From Phaeosaccion multiseriatum (taxonomy: Eukaryota > Protista > Ochrophyta, other classes): DNA of 64,000 nt. The stretch is taken from the NCBI GenBank assembly GCA_965112735.1, contig OZ218952.1, forward strand, positions 496,001-560,000, in the 5' to 3' direction. The notes below the pieces were generated by a model. That model saw only the letters and a program-made list of their open reading frames with translations. It searched no databases and was not told where the DNA came from. The translations under genes were made by a program, and so were the position numbers. Positions 15,311 through 26,661 of this stretch are shown here, one piece after another; position 1 is the stretch's first letter, and every line of letters starts with the position of its first letter.

Positions 15311-15519
15311 GCAGATAGCATAATAGCACGTCAGGGGTCGATAAAGATGGGAGAGCGGTGGGGAGAGTTGAGTACTTCGTCGCCCATCAATGGAAGGCAT
15401 TGCAGGGGAGCGAATGTAACAAGTCGAGCAGCTGTAGCCCTATTGGAGGGGAGGGAGGGGAGACAGTGCGAGGGGGGGTCTTCTCCCTTCCTTCTCCAAG
15501 GGTATCTAATATTTTTTAA

Positions 15520-16095
15520 CACTCCGTTTGCGTAAAAATCGCCCAAATCGCCCGATTTCCGGCGAAAAACAGTTTTCGCGCATTTGCAGAGAAATGACGC
15601 TGGGAGAAGCGCTATAGCTCTTCGTGTAGCTCTTTGAGATGCCTACCGATACATAGTCTTTCGGCTTTCATCGCCTCTTCCCTTCCGTAGTTGTCAGCAT
15701 TTCCGCAGCAGCACCCCCTTCCCGCGGGGGGGAGAAGGGGGATGTGCACGCCACGGAAATCGCTCATGGGCAGCTTGCCCGCCCTTCTGCAAGAGAACAG
15801 GCGCAGCGCTATGGCAGCTAGCCACAGTGGAGCAGCAGCAGGACCCTTGGCAAGCCTGGTGCGATTTCCGTGACGTGCACATCCCCCGTCCCCCCCCCCG
15901 CGGGAAGGGGGTGCTGCTGCGGAAATGCTGACAACTACGGAAGGGAAGAGGCGTTGAAAGCCGAAAGACTATGTGTCGGTAGGCATCTCAAAGAGCTACA
16001 CGAAGAGCTATAGCACTCCTCCCAGCGTCATTTCTCTGCAAATGCGCGAAAACTGTTTTTCTATAAATTTGGGCGATTTTTACGCAAACGGAGTG
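15520..16095. mobile_element. 576-bp non-autonomous foldback element (MITE) with ~250-bp imperfect TIRs and TTAA flanks (piggyBac/Kolobok-type target)
   Basis: CACTCCGTTTGCGTAAAAATCGCCCAAAT at 15520 mirrored by ATTTGGGCGATTTTTACGCAAACGGAGTG ending at 16095; TTAA at 15516-15519 and 16096-16099. Confidence 0.88.
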
Positions 16096-16268
16096 TTAAA
16101 TAAAAAAAAAAATAATTAAAAGCAAGAGTGAGCAAAGCAGTGAAAGCAGTGTGGCATATGGAGGAACCAAGGTGTGAAAGCCGTAACATAGTTACGCGCT
16201 GGATCAATATCTCAGTCGTGCAATTCCCCCGACAGCCCCCTCCGCCCCTCATGCTCCAATCAAGCCTC

Positions 16269-17034
16269 CTACGCCTCTTCTTCTTCTTTCGCCTCTTCCT
16301 TCCAGTGAGGGACAAGCCCGTCTGAGACAATGCTCTGCAAAAACTCGCTGCACATGGTGACATAATCGTCCGCGTGTGGCAAAAAGTGCTCAGCATAGTC
16401 CCAGGTGTCGTACAAGTCTCCTCGTAACCGGGCCTCTGGCGACCACACGTACACGATGGCTTCCTTCTCCTCCGCCTTGCCATTCCCACTACTACTCATG
16501 CCTTCAATCGTCTCTCCCTCCTTTGCGCCCTCCTCGGTTGCCGTCTCCGCCATAGGCGGGCCCGATGGAGAAATCGGCCGCTGGGTGAGGGCGTCGCTGA
16601 CCATGACCTTAGCATCTTCCTTGACGTAGTCCTCGTCCTCAAAGAGATCGAAAATCTTCATCTCCACGTCGGAAAGACCCTGGGATGGACGAGGAGAGGG
16701 CGCGCAAAGCAGCAAGGAGGAGTAGGTGTGAGTTACTGTTTTCTCTGGAGGAGAGCAATACCCTATGCAACGTCTCCGCCTCTCTCACCTCAACGAGTTT
16801 GCCTGCGACTTTGCCCCCTGCCTTCGGTGCAATCGCTGGATAAACGCAGTCCTTTACTCGGTGCCGATGAAAGTCCGCTAACGTAGCAGAGGTCAGACAG
16901 GGTACTCGTCCAATGAGTGCTCGAAGAACTCTGTGCTCCATCAAGCTGCCGTATATGAAGAGGGGCGGCATCGAACCAGTCGAAGCTCCACCAGCTACCC
17001 CACCTGCTACTCCGACCACAGGATTCACTATCAT
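16269..17034 (-). CDS. AIG2-like / gamma-glutamylcyclotransferase-fold protein; exons 17034-16789 and 16679-16269
   Basis: LFIYGSLM motif, YPAI, V.GKL..GL...EMKIFD.FED..Y, AIVYVW, WDY. Confidence 0.88.
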
Positions 17035-18045
17035 GGTCCCGTCTCGTTCTCTTCGCCCTCTATTATTAGGCTACAAGGTGGTGCTTCGGGCTGCGCCCTC
17101 GGCAGGGAGGAGGAGGAGAAGAAAAGAGGGTTGGAGTTGGCAAGAAGTGGGAGAAGGGAGAGTGGGAGAAAAAGGAAATTGCACTGCAAAAGTTTGTTTT
17201 CTTATTTGATTTTAAGTTGGTGCTCGAACGTCGCCCTTTGAGGAAAGTACCCAAGGGGGGAGGGCATTAAATACCCTTGTCAAGTGTTAGCGGCAAGAAC
17301 GAGAAGTCAGCGCTCCGATGAGGAAAGAATACATCGAAAGTAGACTCTGAGTTGGCTCCCACGGGGCTGCTTATGCCTGCGGCGGGTGAGTTGGGGTAGA
17401 GAAAGTGTTCGAACTGCCCGGCCGTTTGGAAGTGGCTGCGGAGCTGGGGCAGAGAAGAAGACAAAGGGCGGTTGATGCGGGGCGGTGGGGGGGCTGAGAA
17501 AAGGAGGAGGTGTGGTATTAGCTTACTGGAACTAGGAGACCGGGCCGGTGGGTCAAGGGTCAAGCGCGGGAGGAAGTTGGGGGGTTGGATCTCCGGTCTC
17601 AATCCGTTTACGATTACAGATGGTAGAATTCTACTTGCCTCGTGGGGCTTCCCTTGATTCCACAGGACGGTAGGGTAAACCACTCCCTGTCCCGACTCTA
17701 GCGTGCTGCGTGGAACTGTTCCTTTGACTCCATCTCCTCCCTCTGCTGTGTTACCTACAACTGCTGCTTTGCTTTGCCACGTGCAGTACAACCTGTGATT
17801 TCCTTGGGAGGGGGCCAGCCAGCACACTCAGCTCTGGGATGAGGGAGATAATGCTGGAGCGGGGCATCTTCAAGAGAAGGGGAAGGAAGAAGCCAAAGGA
17901 GTTACGAGGGTAGGGGGCGGACAAGGACAGAGAGAGAGGAGGAGGAGAGAGGAGAGGAGAGTCAGTTGGACGGGAAGGAGAGGCACCCTGAGTCAAGACT
18001 CTGGGTTCAGGCCTCCTTCCCTTCCCCACACTCCGCACAGAGGAG

Positions 18046-20156
18046 TTGATGAACATAGCTACAAGCAGGATGGAAAGCAAAAGGAGAGGGATGCTGGGGG
18101 ACGGGCCAGATTTGATGGCCCCCAAGGCCCGACAAGGCGGCTCGGCAGGAGCGGTTGGAGGCTTTGGTGGCACTAGCGGTGGAAGTGGTGGCACTGCTAC
18201 TGGTGGTGGTGGTGGCGGTGCCTTCATCCACCAGTCGCCAAGTATATACAGCGCAGGAGGACCCGCAATGAGCGGAGGCACCACTCACCCGCCTTCGCTG
18301 GACAGCGGGAACGGAACACCTCCTCTGTCTCCCCACTTGTCGGCGGCTGCGATCCCTTGGAAGGGGGAAAATAGCGCCTTCTCCCGCCCCACGGGAAAGG
18401 CCAAGCAACCTCAAGGCTCAATAGGAGGGGGAGGGGGAGGAGGAGGAGGAGGGGGGGGGGGGGGACAGGTGCAGGGTTTGGTCCACTGCACGGACCGCCC
18501 TCCTTCCAACTGGGCGGGCTGGGAGGCTTCCGGTCTGTACAGACGGAGAGTTTTCAAGAGGGTCAGGGCCACCATCACCAGCACCAGCAGCAGCAGCCAT
18601 CCGTGGGAGGAGATGGCTCCAGTGCTCAGCCGGGAAAGCGAACGCCTGGGCCTTCTGCTGCTGCTCCAAGATTTCACGACCCGTCTCTTACGGGCATCAC
18701 ATCATTCACCGGTACGGAGTCGGTGGAAGGGGCGGAGGGCAGCAGCCGAGCTGTGCCACGCCAGACTGGACTGACCCCTGGCCCAGAGCGGGGGAGGGAT
18801 TTATACGCCAGCAGTGCCACTGAGTATGTTGGGGGGAGCGTTGGAGGTAGTGGTAGCAGCAGCCGTGTGGGCAGCATCAGTGCCAGCAGTAGCATGAGCA
18901 GCAGCAGTAGCGGCGCTCCACATCCACTTCAGCCACAGCAGCAGCATCCGTACCAACAAGGGCAACTGCAACAACAGCAGTCACAGCAGCAATACCATCA
19001 ATACCCACAGCATCATCATCATCAGCAGCAGCAGCAGCAGACCCATACACCGCAGCGATACCCCCCGCAGCAGGGGAGCGGAGGTGGAGGTGACGTGGGA
19101 CTAGGAGGAGGAGAGAGTGGTGCTCCAGTGGGCGCAGCAGCCGCCAATTGGGGAATCATGCAGTGGGGCCTGACCCTGACCACACCGGCCCAAGATCAGC
19201 AACAGGCGGCAGGGGTAGGGGCAGGCATGGGCGATGTGGCAGAGGCGGGACACACAGGGGATACTGATGGGGGCAGCACGATAAAGCAGCAGGGGGGCCT
19301 TACAGACGGGGCCCAGAGCTACCAGCAGGCTCAGCAGCTGCAGCTAAACCAGATGGCTTCAGTGTTGGGGTCGTTGTCTTTGGACAACCAGCAGCAGCAG
19401 CAGCAGCAGCAGCAGTGGTATGGAAGCTGGGATGGCGATGAGGGGGGCGGAGAGCTTGCAGAGGAATGGGAAGGGCAGGCCGGGCAAATGCGAGGGAGCG
19501 GAGCGGAGATTACGGAGATGTCTGATTTCAGCGACCTCAACGCCAGGGCTCCGCAGTTTCACATTAGCAGCCACCAAACGTCGAGCGTTGCTCCTTCTTT
19601 GTCCTTGAAACCGCATCCAGGGGGTGTCTATGGGCAGCCGCAGCAGCAGCAGCAGCAGCGTGATCAGCAACACCACCAGCACCAACAGCACCGAAAGCAC
19701 AACCAGCAGCACCAGCACCAGCACCAGCACCAGGCACCCCAGGCGTACCACTCCCAACAGGAAGGAGAGGGAGAAGCTTCGCGTTGGTCAGACCCACAGG
19801 CTGCTGGAGGGGCAAGAGGAGGAGGTGGAGGGAGAGGAGGGGCAGGCGGAGGAAGAGGAATGGGTGGTGGTGGTATGTCCGCTTCCTCTGCAGTGGCTGA
19901 TAGGGCAGGGCTGTACAGCGGGGTGGGGCACGGCAGCGGCACCAGGAGAGGGCATGATGAGGGGCGCGGGGCCTCAGCCCCCTCCGCGAGGATGGCAGGG
20001 GACGGCACGAGCGGGAGGGGCGCTCCTCGGGTAGCGGGTGGCAGTCTTCATCGAGTCAGCGGCGGTGGCGGTGGTAGCGTCAGTGATGCTCAGCAGCAGA
20101 GCTACGACGCTGGGGCTTACAGGGAGTATGCGCCTCAACAGCCGCAGCAGCAGTAC

Positions 20157-20191
<35 letters not shown>

Positions 20192-20873
20192 CCAAGAGTC
20201 ACATCAACATCAGCACCAGCAGCCTCAGAAGCAGCAAAGCGACCCCCACGGGTATGGGTACGAGCAGCATGATCAAAGTATGGCACAGGCGAAGCCCCGA
20301 CAGCAGCGGCAGCAAGGAAGGGGGCAAGGGCAAGGACAGGGACAGGGACAGGGGGCGTTTTCTGGCGCTGCCCAGCCGCCGGCTAGTTATCGTTACGCTG
20401 CTCCCTTAGCAGATAGGATGAATCACGCCCCCCTCCCACGCAGTGGCCCGAACCAAGCCCCACAGCAGCAGCAGCCGCAGCAGCAGCAGCACCAACTACA
20501 CCGTCAGCAACAGCAACGGTCGCCTCGGTGGAACGTCATGCCGAGCTCCAGTTCCATGGCATCAGCGATGGCGGCAGGCTCGGTGCGAGATTCTCTCCAT
20601 CCGACGCCCTCTGCGCCAGGGCCAGGGCCGAGCGATCAGTTTGGAGGCAGTGTACACAAGAGGGCAAGCCCCGATTCGTACGCACCAGAGTCGTCCGAGT
20701 ATGAGCATGACTACTCCTCCTCTTCCGCTAGATCGAGTGGCGGCGGAGGATGGGCGGATGAGTACAGTTCAGGGCGGCAGCCGCAGCGGCACCAACCGCA
20801 GCCGCAGCGAGCAGGTCACCAGAGCGTCCATCATGGGGGGCAGCATCCATCACCATCCCCACCTGTGCCCGCT

Positions 20874-20907
<34 letters not shown>

Positions 20908-23900
20908 CTGCCAATTACGGCGCCAGCCCGTCGCTGAACCCTATGCGTGCCCCCCCCACTCCCCCACTCCCCCCCCAGCAGCCGCCGCAACAGCAGCAAC
21001 AGCAGCAGCAACAGCAGCCTTTCAACCAGCAGGGACTCTCCAAGTCTTATGGTCGGGGTGGAGGGAGCTATGATGGTGTGGGACAGGGATCTGGAAGAGG
21101 TGGAGCAGGTCCCAACACGTATCACCGCGTGCCTTCGGCAGGGTCTCTGTTGCCCACATCACAGCACACGGGCACCGCTCCACAGGGGGGTGGGGGGGGG
21201 GGAGCTTCCTCCATGCACAGAGGGGGGGGGGGAGGAGGTGGTGGCTATGGGAGACAGGACTGGGAGCGAACGGGGCTGAGGCGACAAGGCCCGGTGACTG
21301 CTTTCAGGGGAGACTTTGACGGGCAGCACCACTTCTCGGGAGGAGGAGGAGGGGGAGGGTATGAGGCTGAAAGAGGAGATGGGGGACGAGGAGGAGGAGG
21401 AGGGAGGGGAGGAAGTGGACCTCCAATGGGCGAAGGCACTATGGGAAGGGGGCGCGGTGTCGGACGGGAGGGGGGATACCCGAAGGCGGGCCAGCAGCAG
21501 CAACGGATGGGGTACGATGCAGCACAAGGTGGATCCGGTGGTGGTGCGATGGGTGGGGGAGGGGAAGGAGGGCCAGGAGCAGGACAAGGAGGGTCGGGCG
21601 CTCATCTCCAAGCTCACTACCGCCAGCAGCTGCAACAGCATCAGCAGTATCAGCAACAGCAGCAGCAGCGACAACCGTCTCATCAGCAGCAGCCTCAACA
21701 GGGGGGTGGCTACATGAGGGGAGGAGGCAGTGGTGGGCCTGCCCTCGGGGGAGGGGGTGGCGGTGGAGGTCCTCACTCTATGCGTGATCAGCAGCAGCAG
21801 TATGACCAACCGCATCAGCCAGCTTCTTCTGCAACCGGCGGCCGAAGCGGTGGTGGTGGTGGTGGTGGTGGTGGTGGTGGTGGTGGTGGTGACGGGGCAG
21901 GAGGAGCGGGAGCAGGAGGTGCCCCCTTGGGCGAAAGGAAGCTCGACCCCACCAGCCTCAAGAGGGCGGAGCTTGTGGAGAGCCCGACCACTCGCATGGC
22001 CTTCAAAGACTTTTATCGCAGCTTTCGCCAAAAGGAGAAGGCGTCCTTCGAAGCCGCTAAGCGCTACGCGATGGAGTGCTTTGATAGTCTTCCGGTGAAG
22101 GTCCACTGGAAGCTCTATCTCGAAATCGCGGACCTCGCCAAACGGGAGAATCGCTTTGCCGAGGCGAGGAAGCTGTATCGGACGGTGAGTGAAGAAGAGA
22201 AGAGCCAAAAAAAAGTGTCGGGGGGCGGGATGGTACAGAAGGCAGGAAGGAGCGCGCCACACGTTTGCGCAAACGTTGATGTGGAGATATAGAATGAGTG
22301 AGCCTCACAACACCTTGCCTTCCTGCCGTGCCCGATAGATGCACACTCTCTAATACACTACTGTGGACTGCCTCTGCTACATGTGCCCATCACAACACAA
22401 CACAACACAACAGGTGACACGCTTGCAGCCCTTCGCCAGCCAGGGGTGGCTCGAGTTCAGCAAGCTGGAGGAGGAGTGTGGAGACCTGCCCAAATGTGCT
22501 CAGATCCTGCGGAGGGGAATCATGTTTTGCGAGTATAGTGAGTCGCTGCTCATCAAGGCAATCAAGCACGAAGAGCGCATGAACAATCTTATGGGGGCGC
22601 GAGAGCTGCTGGCCAGGCTCAAGCATGTGGGCATTGAGAAGGTCTGGAGAACGGTCCTGGAAGGGGCGCTGCTGGAGGCTCGGGCGGGCAACGTGACTGT
22701 CGCGCGGAAGGTTTTCAAGTACCTTATGACGCACGTGCCGTGGTATGGGCCGATTTACTACGAGGCTTTCCGACTAGAGGAGAAGGCGGAGCACTTTCAG
22801 AGCGCCCTGGTCATTGTGGAGAGGGGGCTGAGGGAGATTCCCCGGTACGGGCCCCTGTGGTTCGGGGCCTTTCGTCTGTGTGAGAAGGTGGACTTGGCTG
22901 ATGCCACGCACTCACTCCAGAGCGGCGCTAGTCCTGCCCTGGTTCACACACTGAGCGCGTTGCAGAGGGCCGAGGACAGCATCAGCAAGGAGCTCGTGTG
23001 GAAGGTGCATTTTGAGGCGGCGCAAATCGAGGAGCGCTTGGCCAGCATGGTGGCTGCTGAGAAGGTGGCGGGGGGAGCTGCTACTGCTGCACCACCAACT
23101 CCTGCTGCTGCTGCTGGAGAGTTACCCTCCGAGGCTGCAGTGGAGGGGTCGACGACGGAACGAGCTTCGGATACAGCAGTTGGTGATGATACACCTGCAG
23201 CGGCAGCGGCGGTGGAGGAGCACGTCATGGACATTACAGAGGCGCGGGATGCACAGCTCGGGAGGTGTCGCGCCTGCTACGTGCGAGCGGTGCTGGCTTG
23301 CCCGCACAATTTGCGCTGGAAGGTGTGGCTCGCAGGCGCGCGTACGGAGCTTGCGGCGGGTAAGTGCGCACGCGCCCGCAAGCTGCTCAAGCGAGCGTTC
23401 CAAGAAGTGCCTGAGAAGAGCAAGAGCCACGTCTTTCTCGAGTGCAGCCGCTTGGAGGAGTGCGTTGGAAACCTGGGGGCCGCAAGGACCATCTTGGAGC
23501 GTGCCCGGCAGGAGACGCGGACAGAGTGGAAGGTGTTCTTGGAGAGCGTCCTGCTGGAGATTCGAGCCAACGACTGGGAGAGAGCGAGGAGCGAGGCTCG
23601 TGGTGCCTTGAGCATTCACAGCGGGGCTGGGCGGCTTTGGGCCGTGCTGGTACAGCTCAAGCAGAGGGAGGACAACGCAGCGCAGCAAGCGGCGCTGAGA
23701 GAGGCACTGAAGGAAGTTCCTAAGAGTGGTGAAGTGTGGTGCGAGGGTGCCCGGATTCACCTCAACCCCCTGGGGTGCGGGTTCGATTTGGAGACTGCGA
23801 GAAAGTATCTCGACTTTGCCATCCAGTTTACGCCCCAGTATGGCGACAGTTTCATGGAGTGTCTGCGGCTGGAGCTGCTGGTGGCCACGTTGCTGCCTGT

Positions 23901-25410
23901 GGCCAAGGAGATTGTGCAGATTCTCAAGCGGAGAGAGGGAGGAGGGGCGGAGGCGGCAGGGGGGGGAGGAGGAGGAGGAAGAGGAGGAGGAGGAGACGGT
24001 GAGCAACAAGGGGGAAACGTCAGCACGGGCACAAGCACTGGCAACGCAGCAGAACAGAGCTCCTCTCTGCCTCTGGCGCTGCCGCTGATTGTGCCTTGTC
24101 ATGTGCTCGAGAGAGCAGATAGACTCCGTCAGAAGCGACGGCGTGCGCGCAGGTCCAAGAAAAAGGGCGCAGCTTCCAAGAAAGCACCAGCAGGCCGCGA
24201 AGACGTGGGAGAGGAGAAGAAGGAAGGAGGGGGAGGGGGGGACCAGGGGGAAGGGGGGGGGGAGGAGCAAGAGGAAGAGGGGGGTAGGAGAGATGGTGGA
24301 GGGGCGGGTGGTGCCAGAGGAAGTGGTGGTGCTTTTCTGTCGGCTCCTTGCTCCCCCACCTCATCAATCTACTCCCACTCCTCTGTGGCGGTGTCTGAAG
24401 TGGTCTCTGAAGTTGTATCCGAGGTGGTGATCGACAACGTGACCGACAACACCAACAGTGGCAGTGGCAGCACTAGTGGGCGCACCAGCCTCCCCAACAA
24501 CAACACAGATGCCGACGACTTTCGAAGGGTGACTTCGTGCGTCTTGGCGGAGCTGCCCCGTATTCAGGAGCAAGACCTCCTTGATGTGGATGTCGAGGGG
24601 CTGCAGTTGCGATGTGTCAACGCCGACCCCAATTACGGCTCCATGTGGTTCCACTGCCGCGCTCGCCCCTCGGACACAGCCAAGTCTGTCTTGACGGCTG
24701 CCAAAAGGGTCATGGCGAGGGAGCTGTGTGCGTTTCAAGACGTGTACCTTCAGGCCATGGTGAGAAGGATCAAGATTGAGGAGGAGGTGCAGGCGTATTT
24801 GCAGGCGGAGTACGACAAAACAGCAGCAGCAGCAGCAGCAGCAGCTGGTGATACAGCATCAGTTGGTGATGGCGGTGACGGTGGTGGCAGCGACGGTGAG
24901 GAACGCCGGCGAAGGGCGGAGAGGAGGGCGGAGGCGCGGCGGGACAGTCTGCTCGCTGTCGCTGCTCGCGCTGCACCAGCCTTGGAGGGGCGAAGGCCGA
25001 GTGGAAGCAGTGAGGCGGATGCCGCCGCTGCTGCTGCCGCTGCTGCCGCTGCCGCTGCTGGCGGTCTTTCTGTCGACGCCAAAGCCGCGGAAGAAGGCGA
25101 AGGGAGCACTATTAAAGAGGGAGGCAATGCGGGTGATGGTGATGATGATGGTGATGGTGTGCCGCAGGAGGCGGAGGACAAGGAGGAGGAAGGGAAGGAA
25201 GAAGAAGAACAAGAAGAACGTGAACAAGAACAAGAACGAGGAGGAGGAGGAGGAGGAGGAGGAGGAGGAGGAGACATTTTCGACGAGGTGTGCAAAGAGG
25301 ATTTTATGACCGGTCTGGCCAAGCTCAATCGCGTTACCTCGTGCATGAGAGATTTGTGCGCGGAGGAGCGGAGGAAGCTGCTTTTCGGGAGCGACCAAAT
25401 CGTTCCGTAA
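18046..25410 (+). CDS. Large protein with Q/G-rich disordered N-terminus and HAT/TPR-like helical repeats; intron 22185-22413; apparent frameshift at G14 run 18451-18464
   Basis: Repeated W-L-E..K-L-E / WKV.LE..LLE.R helical units (QGWLEFSKLEE, WKVWLAGARTE, WKVFLESVLLE, PKSGEVWCEGAR); the downstream frame stays open back to the G-run. Confidence 0.8.
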
Positions 25411-26661
25411 ATTATCACACACAACAGGGGGGATTAGAAGGCCTTTTTGCTGCTGTGTGGAATCGGGTTAGGGTGGCACGCGCCTAATACAGGCAGTGCA
25501 GACACGCCCCCCCCGGTCTTGATCAACGGAGGGGCGTAAAGGAGGGAGAGCGAGGGAGAGCCTCAGGCTGTACCACGTATCGTGGCGTTTGACCGATGCC
25601 GTTCAGAGCAGGCGAAGGCGCGAGTTGGTGGGGTACTGTGGGGGGGGGGGGGGGGGAGCGTGGGCTTGGCTTCTTCTGCTTGAAGGAAAGGGGAAGGAAG
25701 GGAGGGTTGAGCTTTCCCCCTTCTTCTCTATCCGCTTGACTCAAATCGGGTGATGAGTACGGCGGATCAAGTACAATGCCAGGGGAGGTAAGATAAAGAA
25801 GGGGGTAGAGGTTTAGAGGGAAGAGTGGTACAAAAAGGGCGGGCATCAGCGGAGTGAGAACTCGCTGTGTCAAGCCCCTTGCAGGTAGTTTTTTTATGTG
25901 TTTTTGTGTATGTGTGTGTAGTGTATCTGTGTGTTTTCGGTGGTGAGCTGCCGAGAGAGGCGGTGAAAAGGGGGCAATGGGAATGTTTGGCGGTGGTACT
26001 GTATCAACAGAGAGAGAGAGGGGGTGGAGAAGAGGGTTGGTTATGACTTTTGACTTTTGACTCTGCACAGCAAAAAGGAGGGAGGGGGGGGGGGTCTGGC
26101 AAGCGGGCCAAACAGGCAAGGAGACGGGGGTTTATCGAATGAAACATTACAACCGCTCCTCGGGCTGTAGGGTAGACAATGACATGCCTCACCTTACGTA
26201 AAACTAAAGAAGCATATATATTACGGTATATGATCGTACACCGACTGCTGTCTTTTCAGTGTGGCCTTGATAAAGCACGTGCTGGTGCGGGAGGGAGAAA
26301 AGAGAAGAGACAAACCGCTCATCCATCGAAAGTCGAAACGTCGTTGTATCAAGGTCTTACGATATGTATATATTTTATCCCCCTTCCGGTGCTGCTTCCC
26401 CCTCCCTCTCTCCCACGCCCCTCCATTCTCTTCTGTCCATATGTCTATGTTTGTCGGCCGCCGTGGAATCCTCTTTCCCTCCCCTGCCCAACACGAAGAG
26501 AGAAGCGACTGTTCATACACACTATACAAAGAACGGATCTGACTTTTACGACACCGGCACTGCCTGCCACTCGTGCTAAACTTGTCCTAAAAAGAACGGG
26601 CTTTCTGTTGCTTGCTCATTGTTGCCTCATGGACCGACCGCTTGTGGGTGTCCTTTGTTGC

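Larger units (their letters stand above)
6946..15341. mobile_element. 8,396-bp TIR DNA transposon, P-element-like, with two divergent genes
   Basis: Perfect 31-bp TIRs TCGACCCCTGACGTGCTATTATGCTATCTGC (6946-6976 and reverse complement 15311-15341); 7-bp direct repeat TAAAGAT at 6939-6945 and 15342-15348; internal transposase-like ORF. Confidence 0.92.

Noticed and set aside
6946-15341. Assignment to hAT, Mutator, CACTA, Zisupton or Polinton
   Set aside because: 7-bp TSD, short TIRs and the D/D/DxxH/E context fit P-like best; no CxxH, CACTA ends, polymerase or integrase. Not formally excluded without an HMM search
17267-17827. 186-aa ORF between the GGCT and HAT genes
   Set aside because: No homology cues; likely promoter or 5' UTR
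25523-26600. ORFs between the HAT gene and the ATP synthase b-like gene
   Set aside because: No motifs; consistent with convergent 3' UTRs
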